A stretch of 64,000 nucleotides of DNA from Camelus ferus. Lineage: Eukaryota. Below are positions 28,093-42,593 of this stretch, in pieces. Made by a program: the position numbers and the translations under genes. Every line of letters starts with the position of its first letter. The stretch's first letter is position 1. The notes beneath the pieces are model-generated. The model made no database searches and had not been told where the DNA came from. It saw nothing but the letters and a program-made list of their open reading frames with translations. The DNA is taken from positions 41,976,001 to 42,040,000 of the forward strand of contig NC_045696.1 of NCBI RefSeq assembly GCF_009834535.1. The letters run 5' to 3'.

Positions 28093-30599
28093 TAGTACTT
28101 CGTTTTTGTTTCATAACTCTTTCCCACATGTACAGAATCAGCTCTGAAAAAAGCAGACTCACTCTGGTTCCTGAAGAAAGACGTCAGAAGAGGCAGCAGT
28201 TACTTTCTGTTGGACTGAGAGGTATCCTAACCCTGGAGAGATGTGTGAGAGTTTCCGATCAGTGGTGCGGTTGCGACGGATTGATGAACGCACCGGGTGC
28301 TGCTGGATGAATTCGTGTCACTGATTAGCTGTGTGATGCTGGCGAGTCATTTACTTCTCAGAGCTTCACTTCTCCACGTGTGAGGTGAGGCAGCTGGACA
28401 CTGTCACTTCCCAGGTGTCTTTCACGTCTCACCTTCTGGGATGTAAAATAAAGGTGAACATTTCCAGTTGTTTCTTTTCTAGTTCTGTTTGGGCCACCTC
28501 TAAGTTTATAGTAGATTTAACTGGAAGGAAGCAGCGAAAGTGTAGTCCGTATTCACGCATCAGTGCAGCAGAGCCATCCCTGTGTCATCCGTTGGGCCTT
28601 CCACTGGTGTGACTCTGAGATGGGGCTGGCTCCTGGCAAGGGAGTCTGCTCAGTCCAGCCTTCCTAGCTCCCTGGCCTCATTGCTGGGCTTGGGGTGGCT
28701 CTCCAGACTCAGAATAAAACCCCGCTTGTTGAGGGTCATCCCTTACTCATGGTGGACCTTTTCCTCTTCCCAGCGGGAGTGTGGATGGAATGAGGAGGGG
28801 TGGATCCTGGGTGGCAGGACTAAAGATCCCGCTGACAGTTTAGAGAGCTGAGGAATAGTTCTGTGGGAACTCTTTTTGGTGGCTAACTGCGGACAGGGCT
28901 TTTCATAAAGCAAATTCCATGGTTTGTTGTGAGTTGTTGTGTGTGATGTTTTTCTTTCTCTCTCTCTCTTTTTTTTTATTACATCGACTTACTTCCAATC
29001 TGATTTTTGAAAGGAAAGGAGAATTAAACATGACCCCCAAAAGTAATAAGTTAATTCCATTTTTATTTTGCTGTTTTTTATTGAAACAGAGATAGTTGAG
29101 TTCCAGCTGATAAAGTATGAGTTAAAAATCAGGAGAAGGGAAAGAATTTGTGAGGCACGATGCTCAACACGGTTTGGCGCTGGCTGGGCAGGGCCCTCCA
29201 GGAGTCTGTAGCTGCCTGATTCTTAAGTTCTAATGACGTAGCTTGGTATTTCCTTTCATAGCAGTGATCACATTGAGTTTCTTGATCATTTCCACCATAC
29301 CCTTTGCAGACAGATTTTCGCCCGATAAAGCCCTGTGTTGGTGATTAATCTTAATCAAAAGAGAGAATGGTGGGTTGAATTTTTATTCAGCTTAAGTGGG
29401 GCCAATTGCTAAGTAGTAATGAATTAGGTATGAGAAACTAGAAGAGGAGCCTAGGACCAATGATGATAAAAGTGACACCTTAACTTTAACCCTTAAGAGA
29501 TGTTACTTTTTCAGAATTGACTTAAACTCCTTGAGGACAAGCGCAGTGACCTACCCATCTGAGCACTGCTAGCTTTTCGCACAATAGCGCTGCCACTGAG
29601 TAGGTGCTTAGGAAATATTCATATAGTTGGGTTGCCTAAAGTTACTTAATCTGTTCTCTGTAATTTATAGGCACTTACAGGAATTTTTAGGGGTATGAGA
29701 GAGACCGTCTTTCCTCATGGCGTGAATGTTAAGTGATGAATTGTACAGTGTTTTTTAGGAGTAATAAGGGAGAATAATGCACTGCTTCCTGGGATCTTCA
29801 GAAGATTTCAGAGGAGCGGGACTTGGAAACACAACTTGGATAAAGGGGAGAGAGAGAAGGGAATTGTGACTTGTGCTGCTGTCTTTGTTATGACAGGGAG
29901 AGAAGTTCTCTAAGACATTCACATAATTTTCCATCCATAGGGTGAAATTCAAAGTAAATAAAAGCCAGGATTGTTCCCTTCTTCTACTTATTGCAAAAAG
30001 ATGTTTTTGGTTACTATTATGTGTTTGTAAAAAAACAGAAGTTACAGTTCTTTTCCTGGAAGAAATAATATTTGTGTGTTAGAACAATAATGTGTAAATG
30101 TCAAATTGTTTTCAAAATATTCAACAATTAGTGCCAACAGGAAGATTTCTAGGCCTAATAGAGGTAAACAGGTTCTTTTGTTTCTGAGATACAGACTGTC
30201 CGCTGATGATATAACATGTAATGCCGTGCTTATGGAGTGATTTAGATAATAAGTGTGTTAGAATAAGGGTCCATTGAAGCCAGGGGGGCCAAGGTGAAGT
30301 GACATAGGGATTCCCTTTATATTTGTGTTGCACCTTTTATTGTTGTACTTTTAAAAACTGTTCTTTGAAGCCACTAAGTAAAGAATAATCAAAATATTTT
30401 GGTTTGAACATTTTCCCCCTACTTTAGTGTTTTACTCCATAGCAATATGTATAGAATTTTTTCTTTCTTTTGCATAGTATCAAACCCAAATATACATCAA
30501 AGGGAACTCGAAGAATTAAGTCCTACAATGAAGGGTCTTATGCAAGTATCTTTTTGCAATTTTGCCTGAGTACCTTTGTTTGAACATTTTTATGACTGA

Positions 30600-31166
<567 letters not shown>

Positions 31167-32180
31167 CCTGCCCTGGAGGGGACTGGAGGAATCACATTCA
31201 GTGACCTTCTTTATCACCTGCACTACAGAAAGTTTATGGGTGAACAAAATTTAAAAAAGAGCTGGACTTTATATAATGACTTGTAAGGAGCTTAGAAAAT
31301 GCAGATTATTCGTATCTACCTACCTATAGTATTTTTTCCAATCTTGACGTAGCCATTGGAGAACCATTATTAACAGCATCTACACAGTATATTGCCCTTT
31401 TAACCAAAGATGCTAATAAGTGTGCTTGAACTCGCTTTCTCCTGGGAGGAGATATTACTGTGCTAAGAAGTGTGGAAAATGTTCCGACCTAATTGGAAGG
31501 GAAAAGTTTGGTTGGCAGAGGAGTGTTTGTGGCCTATCTGGTAAAGGAATCGGAGCACATCTTCATGAACAGCACGATCGGTCCATCTTCAGCGGGGTGA
31601 ACGAACGGGGCTTAGAGTCAGTGGTTCCTGTGACACACTGAAGACTGCTGTGTCTCAGCGGTTTCTCTTGACGGTCCACTTTTTTTCTGAATTACTTGAA
31701 AAGGCCAGTGCTCTTGGTCAGAATTTTCTAATGAGAGTATTTACAATGTCCTGCTTTTATCTAGAGAAGCAGCAGAAGGGAAATACGAAAGCAGTATATA
31801 TAAAATCTGTGCATAGAGCTGATGTTTGCATTGGGTGATTGTTACTTACTTGATTCAGCTGAATTTTACATCATGTATACTTATTCTAAAATAATACTTT
31901 TGGAACTGGAAAGGGGAAGTCTATAAAAGGAAATTTATTTTTGTTTTCTGAAGTTTGAGGGTTTTGAGAATTGACTTTTATGTAAAGAATGCTATTATTT
32001 GTTATAAAGTTGTGGAAATTATTTCCATCAATTTCGAGTGTTTCTTTTTCGGTTTTTATTTTGAATTGCACACCAAAATTAGAAATTAAAATCTAATTAA
32101 AAACTAAACTTAGGTATCAAAGTCTCTGACAGGTATTTCTTGATTTGGGCATAAGAAACACCCATTCTCTCATGCTTGTA

Positions 32181-32186
32181 AATAAA
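32181..32186 (+). terminator. Candidate proximal polyadenylation signal of NXPE3
   Basis: AATAAA about 1 kb after the stop, directly preceded by TGTA, with T-rich sequence downstream. Usage is not demonstrated. Confidence 0.35.
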
Positions 32187-33289
32187 AGGTGCCATTCCTA
32201 CTGGCTGTCTTAAAATAATTGAATTATCAATTTTACTTGACTGTTTTTATCTTATTAATTTCAAATAAGTTTAATTTGTGGCCATCTAGTAATTACCCTT
32301 TTCTTTCTGAGCCACAATAGATTAGAGTCTAGTTTTATTTATCCCTAAATGGATATGTGAAGAAACTAAGGAAGCTTTAGAGATGAAGGCAGATGCCTAA
32401 AGCTTGAAAAAATATACTCTTAGAAGACTGGGTCAAAGAATCTGGGTTTAAAACTTGAACTTCTGAGTCTGAAGGGGACCAGGTAGTTAACTATATTAAG
32501 ATAGCTTAATTTGCATGGTCTTTAAGCCTTAGAGGGCCTAACGATCACTTGGAATATTTGATAAAAATGCAGAATTAGAGGCTATGCCTCTGGAAATTGT
32601 GGAATCAACCTTAGTGACAAACAAGTGCCCAGGGATTCTCATGCAATGGTAGCATTCTACATTTTTGAGAAACACTGAGGGAAGAGGGAACTAATATTGT
32701 TTGTCCATTATTTCAGGGGCTTTGCCCATAACATTTACTTCTGATCATGATCTAATAGTGTAGATGATATTAGCTCTATTTTATAGACGAGGAACTTGAG
32801 TTTGGACTTGAACTAAAGTATGTGAGACTCCATAGCCCTTTGCAACTGGAACTTTTTAGACTTTATAAAGAAAGGGTTTATTTTTCATGAGAGAACTTTT
32901 GAGCATCTTCTCAAGGATCACTGAGGAGGCTGAGTCATATCTTCCCCAGAGAATTTCCATTTCCACGGCCTCTCCAGGGATTTGGAGTGATATTACTTGT
33001 TGGTGCAAATGATTTCTTGTAATGTCATCCAGTTCCTGGTATTTTTTGATTTGGTGAAATAAGATCCTAAAGATTTGATGACATAGTATTTTTTAAAGTA
33101 GTCTCATTCACTCTGGTGGAGGCCCAGTGCACCTTTATCACGTGTCTATGAGCAGAGTTGCCTCTCCGCACACATGCCTGGGGTTGGTTGCGAAATGCAG
33201 CTGTGTCATGTGTCTTAATTGTGTGCACATCCATACACAGGTCTCGGAATGGATCCGCACTCATATCATGTGTCTATTATATGAGGGTA

Positions 33290-33892
33290 CATAATTACAT
33301 GGGTCTGTGTATGAATATGTATATATGTCCTAAGTATGGTAGGCATTATATACTTATATGTACATATATAATATATACGCATATACTATATGTATATGTG
33401 TGTATTTCCATACACATCAGTGTATGAATATATATATTTATTTTATATACTTGTGTCTGTGTACTGATATATATATATAATATGTATATCATTTGTGTAT
33501 ATATACATATAATATATACGTATATTATGTATATTTTATATGTGTATATCTATATGCATGTCATTGCATGGATATATATATAAATATAACATATATACAC
33601 ATGTCTGTGCATGGATGTGTATATATTTAATATATATTTTATAATATGTGTGCATTTAATATATAGAGATATATAATATGTCTATTATATATGTGTGTAT
33701 CCATACATATGTCAGTGTATGGATATATATAAAAATATTATATACACATGTCTGTGTATGGATATGTATATATATCATGTGTACATCATCTGATATATGC
33801 ACATATATAGTATAAAATACAGACATAATATAATATCTACATATATAATATGATATACATACATAATATATGTATATTATATTGGTGTACAT
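33290..33892. repeat. TA/TG-rich degenerate minisatellite (low complexity)
   Basis: About 600 bp of alternating purine/pyrimidine sequence with a recurring atatacacatgtctgtgtatggatat-like unit. Confidence 0.85.
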
Positions 33893-33954
33893 CCACCCCC
33901 AGTCCTGTCTGAGACCTCAGCTCATATTGGGGGCCAATCATCTTTTCTGTTTGT

Positions 33955-36900
33955 TTGTTTCAGTATAGGTAGAGTTATTTAGAGATCCATCAAGAGGCAA
34001 GGGAAAGGCCATGAGATGTGGGGGTTGGGTGCTCAGAGTAGAGTAAAAGTAGGCACACACTCCTTAGAGTGCGGGCTGTGTACGAAGAGGGAGAGAGAGG
34101 GGGCTGTGGCCTTGGGACTGTCTGGTGCCTGTGGCATGTTATTCACCTTGCTAATGCATTTCAATGGTTGTATAATGAAGGTCAAGTTCTACTAGAAGTC
34201 AAATCTCCCACCATTTTGAGCCTCAAGGCCTCCTGGGGGTTGAATCTTTCGCCATTCTGGTGTTAATTGCTGTGTTATTCCTTGAATGGCTGTGCCCTGC
34301 CCTCTTCCTGTCTCATTCCCCCCTCAGAGGTTTTACTCCCATCATCTTCTTAAGGGTTGTGGAGGGATGATGGAGGGTTTCTTCTGAAACCACTTCCAGG
34401 CTGAGGAGGGGCGTTCACCCTACCTGTCAGGGAGTAAAAATCCTCTGAATGTCTAATCTAGGGGCCCCCGCGGCAGGACAGCCTTTTGTTTTCGTGTCCA
34501 GAGTGCTGAGGGTATGGGCCATCATTTGATGTGGGACTGTTGTAACCCACTGTTTCCCCTGGCTTCTGATGAATTTTTTTAAAGATGAAGCACCTTTGTA
34601 ACCACTTGACAGTCTGTAACAACAAAAAGACTTAAAAGGCATTGTGAAACACCTGTAATTGATAGCGATTTGTTTGTAATAAATAGAATTAGCACTGATT
34701 ATATTTAACAACATATTAAATAATCCTAGTTAACTTAATAGCTGAGATGTCTCAGGTTGTCTTTAAATCATCTTAAAGTTAGCTGGGGCTACAAAGAACT
34801 TTTTGAATTTGTTAGATATTTAAAATTGTGATTATGTATGAAACCTTTTCTTTTTTTTGTAGTTTTGTTTATGAAACTCTTACTGAAAACATACACCTTA
34901 CTTTCCTACTGTATAGTGAAATAGTTATTTTAGGAGCTTTAATTACATATATTACCATTTTAACCATCAAAAACCTTAAATCTCTGGCAAAAACCAAGAA
35001 GCAAGCAACTGTGAATTGGTTGTCATATCACCGTTTCCTGACTGGAAACACGTTTTAGTTTTTTTTTTTTTTTTTTTCCCTAAAGCAAAGATAGATAAAC
35101 TTAGATCTGCTCAGCAATTAATGTTTTAATATTTTATAAATGATACAGACAGTCAGTGAACTTTGTAACTTAGTTTTAAGTACCAAAATTTGGAGAGACA
35201 CTTTTAGGTAGATACTTTCAAAAGAAAATGCCTATAGAGTTTACCCTAAAGCTCTTATTTTGTTTACTTTTTGAAATTTTTTTTACATTGAGTTCCATTT
35301 TTTGTTGACAAAATTGTAACAGATATAATAAAGGTTTGCTTGACCTCCAGTAAGCCTAGGCCCAACCGAACTATTATACTTAACACTGATGTCTCTAAAG
35401 ACATGTGTATGTTAATTAAACCAACAAGCTTAAGCTGGCTTCAATACCAATACCAGTACTGAGGATAACGTGAACCTGAAATTTATTTTGACCAATTTTC
35501 TCTATGTTTGAGTATTTATATAAGTACTTAATTTCCTTTCAGCCAGTTAAAGAGCTCTTTTACCGTTTAATTGTGCCAATACCGTACATCTATGGCATAC
35601 AAACCAGACACCTTATAGTTTTCATTTTAAAATTTTAGTCATGAATCAGGTAGAACAAAGTAAAACCCACTGGCTACAAAAGAGGTTGGATTTAAACTGG
35701 GGTTTTTGACAGAACAAATCAAAGTCACCCATCTAGATGGCTAAGCCTTTTTACTAATATTTATGAGAAAGAGATAAAATTTTCACTTGTCCTTAGCAAA
35801 TTAAGTTCCAAATTATTTATACCCCACCCCTTTTTGAAATTTGCATTTTAAAAAATGGTGAGATCAGAGCTCCCGGAGAAGACAAGGTAGAATATTTGTA
35901 TCTCTAAGGCGTAGGAAGGCAAGTTTCTCCTAGAAGAACTTTGTTTTTCAAAGGCCAGAAAAAAACGTCTTTTTTTAATAGTTGTCTCTTAAGGTAAATA
36001 CATAGGGGAGGTTTTGGGAGTGGTGGAAGGATTGGTGAACTTTGTATCCTTTTTGGAACCACACCTCTGGTCCTGTAAAGACTAGATTTGTAAAACAAAG
36101 ACAGTTTTATTTTTTCTCATTTAGCTTAGGGGAGACTTTTCCAAGAAATTTTTACTAGGCTCTGAATATCAGCGATGGTCAGTTTAGTCCAACCGATGGC
36201 CTCCCGTTTGGCCATCTATTTACGAACACTTTTGAGGAGCCTTCCTGGGTTTGAGAGGTTTTTTCATTAAGGCTCTTGGTTTGGCCTTTGATCTGAAGAG
36301 GCTTGCCTGTAGCCTCACATGGTCCCATTTCTGATGATAACCTGACAACAGTAGCTCTGTCAGGGACCTCATTTTTCCAGGCAGCAGGGTTTCCTTGAGA
36401 ATCAATATGGGGTAGAAGGGAGACCTCTTCTGGCTTGGGACTGAGGCAGGCTCCCAGAGCCAAGAGCAGACATTTTTTTGGGTGCGTGTCTTTCATGGAA
36501 GGGTCTTTGAATGGGATTATTTCTTGGGATTTACTGAGCAAGTAGATCCCTTCCCAATGAGGGGATGGGGCACTCAGCCACCAGCAAAAACTGCTGTGTA
36601 AAAGTAATTCTTAGAAAGCACCTTGTTTCGGGCCTTCTATGGATTCCCCATTATTACACAGGATTAGGAGCACAAGGGTCCAGGGAGAGCAGTCAGCACA
36701 GAGTAGGTGGCTCCCTTATCTAATAAGAAGACAACTTTTCTACCTGCCACGTCAAGGGTTACCCAAGGCTCTGCCAGAGAAATGACCCGGTGTCCTATGG
36801 GAGCCAGGAAGTGTCCCGGGCTCCGTCAGTCTTTAGTCGTCTCAGCCATCATTGGTTTGGGAGCCGCAAGCCCCCTTCGGGACTGGGGGCAGTCCTGCTT

Positions 36901-38700
36901 CCAGCGGCCTTTTTGCTTGCATATGGGGCAGGGTTATGGTGGACTTTTCCCATACATGGGGCATTTGTTTTCCCAGTGGCCCTCCTGGCTATACTTAAAA
37001 TAGGTCCCTTTTTGGCGAGACAGTGGCTCTGATGCGGGCACCCTGGATCCATGGGTCTCGGTGGAGGGTAACCCTGAGGTGATGGAGAGATGAAGGCTGC
37101 CGCTAAGAATTGCGCCTTTTGCTGTTGTCCCTGAATCCTTTTCTGCCTTTTTAGCCCTGTCTCTATTGTTCAATACTTTAAACACCAGATCCATGAGCTG
37201 ATTCATGGGGATCTGGGGTCCCCGGCTGCCCAGAAGGGGCCTTAGGGGTAGATGACTGGGAAGACAACTCCAGTGGCATCCTTCCCAACAGGAAGCAATG
37301 GAAGAATTCAAAAAATCTCCTAGTAAGATCCCCGGCCTTGGGGCCTCCAGATCCCACAAGGCCCTTCCAGTTCTAAGTTCCTGAGAGAGGAGGAATAGCC
37401 TTGGGGTTCCTCACCCAACGGCTGGGTCCTACCCAACAGCCTATGGGATACCTCTCCACGCAGCTAGATCCCACTGCTTGAGGCTGGCCTTCCTGCCTAA
37501 GAGTGTAGGGAGCCCTCTCCACTCTCCCGGAGGATGCTTTTAAGCTCACTCTGGGGGCCCCTATACAAGAATACGCTAACCATCAAGTTTCTGACCTTTT
37601 AAAAGGCAAGGGACATTTCTGGCTCTCAGATGCTCGGCTTCTTAAATAGCAGGCATTCTTACTGGAAAACTCAGATGTCAGTGTCTCTGTTTGTGGGACA
37701 CTCAATCCTGCTACACTATTACCATCACCAGACAAGTCTCTTCCCTTCCGCCTATGTCATGAGACCCTATCCATTTCTCTAGGAACTAGAACAGATCTCA
37801 CCGACCAACCCCTGGAAAACCCGGATGAGGTCTGGTTCACTGATGGGAGCCACATATTCTTGTGAACCTCTTAGCGATCTGCAACTGCTTTCTGAGCAAC
37901 ACTCTGGTGAGACTCTTCCCTCGCCCTAGGGGACTATGGATCCCCGTTAGATAAACCTCTTAAATGTCTCCTGGTTCAAATCTTTTCTGTTTTAGGGCCC
38001 CCAGCAAACTGTTTTAGTACTAATTTAAAATGTCTCTGACACTCGGGTCCCTCTTTTGACTCCTCTTTTAGTTCACTGGACTAATGCTCCAACACCTGCT
38101 TTCTAAAACCTAAACTAACAGAAGGCACAGAAATCAATGTTGTTTAAGACCCTTGTTTGTCCCTTTCATCCTTTGGCTAGGATTAGCTCTCTGTATTTGA
38201 CCTCTATCTTTTGACCTTCTTATGAAAAGTGTTTCTTCTTGACTAGAGATAAAATTCAAATGATTATATAACAAGGTAATCAACCAATCAGCCAAGACCG
38301 CATCTATACAAGCCCCTCAATGAACACCAACCCTTCGCTCACATCAGGCCCAAGGACAGCGAGCTAGTCTGGGACCCCCGCGAGCTCCATTATTGCCCCA
38401 GATCAGCAGGAAGTAGCTAGAGCGGTCCTCGCTCTCTACGTCCCCAAGAATGGGGGTCTTATGACTAGAGGGGGGAGTCTTTGGTAGCTTAGACAGACAT
38501 GAGGATTGGACCTCAAGGGAGAGGAAGGGGAAAAGAAAAATCCAGAACACAAGAAACCTGAGCTCTCAATCAGCCAGAGCGCAGGGAAACTGAGTTGTCA
38601 ATCAATCAATCAATCACAAGGCCTGGGGTAACTATCTCTTGCCTGGGGGTGGAGGCGCACCCCATGTCATGTCTCTGTGAGACGGGGTGCCCCTCCATTC
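33955..38700 (-). mobile_element. Rearranged class I (gamma-like) ERV remnant; outer ends approximate
   Basis: Minus strand: a PPT (GAGGGGGGAA, 34325-34316) abutting an LTR that starts TGAGACAGG at 34315, and a gag CA-end/zinc-knuckle remnant at ~36880-37230. Plus strand: a pol tether/RNase H remnant at ~37620-37850 and a second PPT at ~38468. Confidence 0.75.
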
Positions 38701-40519
38701 CCCAGCCTGGGGATAGAGGGCCAGCTAGGTAATATATCTTGTTTTAAGTATGTATATATAAGTATGTGTATTTTCCATTATAATATAAAAAGTTTAAAAA
38801 ATTATAAAATTTAAAAGAAGAAAACCTATCTATAGAATCCATAATTCTAGTATTTGAATTCCAATAAGCCTTGGCAATTCAGTTTATTTTCTTCTAGATT
38901 TTTAAAAATCACATAGCTGTAATCACAGATAACATGTAATTTGTATGTGTGTTTTTTAATTTAACATACAAATATTTTTCTTTTAGTCTTCATGACTTAA
39001 TTATTAAAATCTACTTAATAGTTTAGCTAAATTACATCATGATTTACATAATAAATTGGCCATTGTGGTCAGACATTTAGATTTATAATAAAATGTCAAA
39101 ACAATGAGTTATATACAATTTCATTGGGTTAAAACAAGGATTTTTATTTTCGAAGGAGAGCATTAACTTCAGTTGTGGATCTCCTCAGATTCTAGAACTC
39201 AAACGATTGATTTGATGCTACTTGTGAAAGGGAGAATCTATAATAAGGCCCTTCTATACAAATTATATTTTATAGAAGTTAAGAGTAACTTTTCTTAAGC
39301 AAATGCAAGTTTGGTGTTCCAATATGATCCATTTTATCATTCTGAACAACCATCATTTTATTAAATACCAGTTGACTGATACTTCCTGGGTTCAAGTATT
39401 AAGTTTTAGATCGATACATCAGGGTGCTTGACAAGAATGTCTACGGTAAGCCTTTACATATTTGTTTGTTGCATGCCAGAGGGAGGTGAGTCTGTTCCTG
39501 GGCTCTATTAAAGGAGATAGCAATTCCCCACAGAGTACTGGGAAATTAACCCCCAAGGGAAGCAACAGAAATGAGACCTCCCCCAGCACCACCAACCCCG
39601 TCTCCCCCGCAAAATTCTGCCCAGCATTATCTTTGTAGATCTGGATAAATTCAGCTTTTAAAGATTAGCTAGTTGCTCATGCCAGAAATCCACTTGCAGT
39701 GTGTTCTCCTGTGTTAAGCATTATTCTCCCCAGAGTTTATATCAACAGTGGAGTCTCTGTGCATTCGTCTGACTCCTCGATGTGCAATAAGTAAGTATGA
39801 TCTGGGAGGTGCTCTTTTTCTCTTTGAAGGTGAGACACAGACTCTGAGTGCTAGAATCCTTGGGGAGTTGGGGTAGTGGAAGATAAGAGGGTTGCTGAGA
39901 GAGAAGTTTATAGATGCAGGAGGTGGAAGGGCACAAAACGCACCTCACCAGCTTCAATCTGACCTGTCTCAAAAGGGCACCTACATTTTAACTTTTTAGA
40001 AAAAGCGTGAACTTAAGGGTGTCATGTTTTGCTTTTTAATATTCTGAATGAAGTGAGAGAAAGACAGGCTTCTTTCAAGAAGAACATTCTGTTGTCTTTA
40101 AGTTTTATCGGCCTCTAGTGTTTAGGTCTAGATGGCCATTGCTATTGGAGAGCCAGACATCTGTCTAATTATAAAGCTGGATTGTTAACACCGGTGTGGC
40201 GGGGTGGGTGTGTGGGGGGGGCGGTGCAGGGGAGGAAGGAAGTAGTTACAGAGATTACAGTAGAAAGTGCCCCAAAAAGGAAAAGAAGTCACAGTGAAAC
40301 CAAGTGTCATAGAAGAAATCCTTTCAGTGTTGTGCAATGTTCATTCTCTGTTTAAATTCACCAGGCTCTACCCCATCTGAAAATGTGATCTTCATGTTAC
40401 AGGACCACTGCTTTACTTATGTCGCAGATTCCTTGTCCTTTAATTTGTCAGTGAAGGCACGTAATAGGGATACTACGTTCTGATTGCCATACCCAAAAGC
40501 TGTGCTGTAGAACCCCCCC

Positions 40520-40520
<1 letters not shown>

Positions 40521-40568
<48 letters not shown>
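40521..40568. repeat. (AC)24 microsatellite
   Basis: Perfect dinucleotide run about 185 bp upstream of the first kB site. Confidence 0.97.
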
Positions 40569-40570
<2 letters not shown>

Positions 40571-40739
40571 AGAGGCAGAAAAAAACGAAAGAAAAACAGA
40601 TGGTGAATCTAAGGAGGAGGCAACTCTAATGCCCTGCCGTGAGTTCATTGCAACATTTTTAAAAGGCATCCCTAAGAAAAACTTTTAGTTCCTAGATTTG
40701 CTTCTGATTCCTCTGCGCGGTTCCAGTCCAGGTCTTGGT

Positions 40740-41015
40740 GCCGGCCCTTGAGGGGAATGTCCGGGACTCGGGTCTGTACCTTTTTGGCCTGGGAATTTCC
40801 AGGGTGCAGAAAAAAAAATCCACAAGCCAGTCCTCGTTGCTCCCCTCCTGCCTCCTCTGCCCCTCCTCTGTGCCCACGCAGCCCCTTTCTAACGAGAGTT
40901 TGACCGTATTCTATATTTCGGAAATCAGGTCCTTAGCTTCCCCCGCCCCCATCCCTCTTCAGAGGGGTGAGCAGAAAGCGATCGCTATAAAGGGGACCCG
41001 CAGAGGGGCTGCCCT
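40740..41015 (+). promoter_or_regulatory. NFKBIZ: NFKBIZ distal promoter with two NF-kB sites and a TATA box
   Basis: GGGAATGTCC at 40753-40762, GGGAATTTCC at 40791-40800, GC box CCCCGCCCC at ~40940 and TATAAA at 40986-40991, just upstream of a non-coding exon. Confidence 0.8.
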
Positions 41016-41211
41016 CCTCTTGCCACGAGGTCAGACACGGAGTTCTTAGAGAAAAAGGCTGCTTAACTGCTGCTGCTTATCATGTAACCTCAAAAGGAAA
41101 CTGCTCATCTTTCTCATGCTCTCACGTACTTGGGTTATTATCGCTGATTACAGCTGGAAACAATTGCTTTGCCTTTACGTATTTGTATGACTTGACTCTT
41201 CAAACACGAAG
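41015..41211 (+). other. NFKBIZ: NFKBIZ non-coding exon 1 (distal promoter; start approximate)
   Basis: Starts ~25-30 nt after the TATA box and resembles the NFKBIZ upstream 5' UTR as I recall it. Donor GAAG|gtatat at 41211/41212. Confidence 0.7.
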
Positions 41212-42593
41212 GTATATTTTTATTATTCGATATTTAGTATGAAAAAGTATCTTAAATGTTAAGCTCTTTTTTTTTTTCCTGCTTTTCCCATATTCGGATT
41301 CTTTACTTTGGAGTCACTTTCTGGTATTTGGATGATCATACTTGTTTGGGGGCAAAATATTAGGGACCAGTTTCTGAGGGGAAGGAAAATTTGGGCTGTT
41401 TTTATAGTTTGTTAATGGCTGGCTCTGAATCGTCTGTTTGCCTTGAAGGCCCAGGAAAGATTAAGATACTGATGAAGGAGGTGGATTGAATGGGTAACAA
41501 AAATATAATAAATCTAACATAAAACCTTATATTTAGCCAGTGATGTAGAACTGTGGTACTCCTTGGCAGAAATCTCCCAGGAGGTTTGGGTGTGGGTTTA
41601 GAGGTATACTTTCTTACCAAGGGTAGGCATAGAACTGTATCTTTATGGAAAGATGTATCTGAGTAGATGGAAATGTTATATAGTGTGTAATTCTTATATT
41701 ACTTCTGTAAAATTAAAGACATCTATTACAAGACCACTTTATGAATGAGGGAAATCCTGAAATCTGATGACTTGACTGGACCCCCAGATTTAAAGCAATC
41801 GGGGATTTTGTGTGAATAAAAGCACATTTCTAGGTAGGATGGATTGAGATTGTCTCCACAAGGATTCATGAACTAGCTGTCATGGGGTTGGGGTGTCCCA
41901 AAGAGGAGGACATTTATTATGTAAATTTTAAGCACTGGGTAAATTTTAAGCACTTTAAATCTGGTATCCAAAGAAATACATTATCCTGGTCGGGTGGAAT
42001 TTTTTTGCCTCTCTTAGTAGGTTGTTTAGACAATAAAAGGAGAAAAGTTTCACTACCCTTAATAATCCCTGATAGAGGAGGGAGTCAGCCACACAGATCA
42101 TTTAAACACTCATGATCCGGAAGTCTTTTTATTTGGCCTCAGAATACAATGTATGACCCCCCCCCCCCGACTCTGTTACAGCAACATTTTGCTTGGGCTA
42201 AGGACGCCATTGGGGAGGGTACAGGTGTGACAGAAGAGTCAGTCTAGGATGAGCTAGCACGAGAAGTCGGCACAACACATACAATGTGAAATGCTTGGCG
42301 GTACCCTTCCCAGCGTGAAGGGGATGACCCTGCTCAGCATCATTTAGCTGTCCAGCTACAGACTTTTCCTCGCTGAGGAAGTTGAGGCAAACCCCTCTCA
42401 TTCTACTTTGTCCTGAAAGAAGTCAGAAAGCAAAAGAAACCCTCTCTGAAGTTAAAGAGCCAGGGAGAGCACTACCGAGAGGAAAGACTTTCTGACTGTT
42501 CTGAGACCCACGATGAATTGCTCCCGAGAAAACCATTTCCATTTATCTCTTAGCTGACACTGATCTGTTGCCTCTTGATTTTTTTCCCCTCAG

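Noticed and set aside
33158..33892. Tyr/Ile-rich ORFs
   Set aside because: Translations of TA-rich low-complexity sequence.
41921..41954. Tandem duplication of GTAAATTTTAAGCACT (18-bp period)
   Set aside because: Only two copies with no spacer array. An ordinary slippage duplication.
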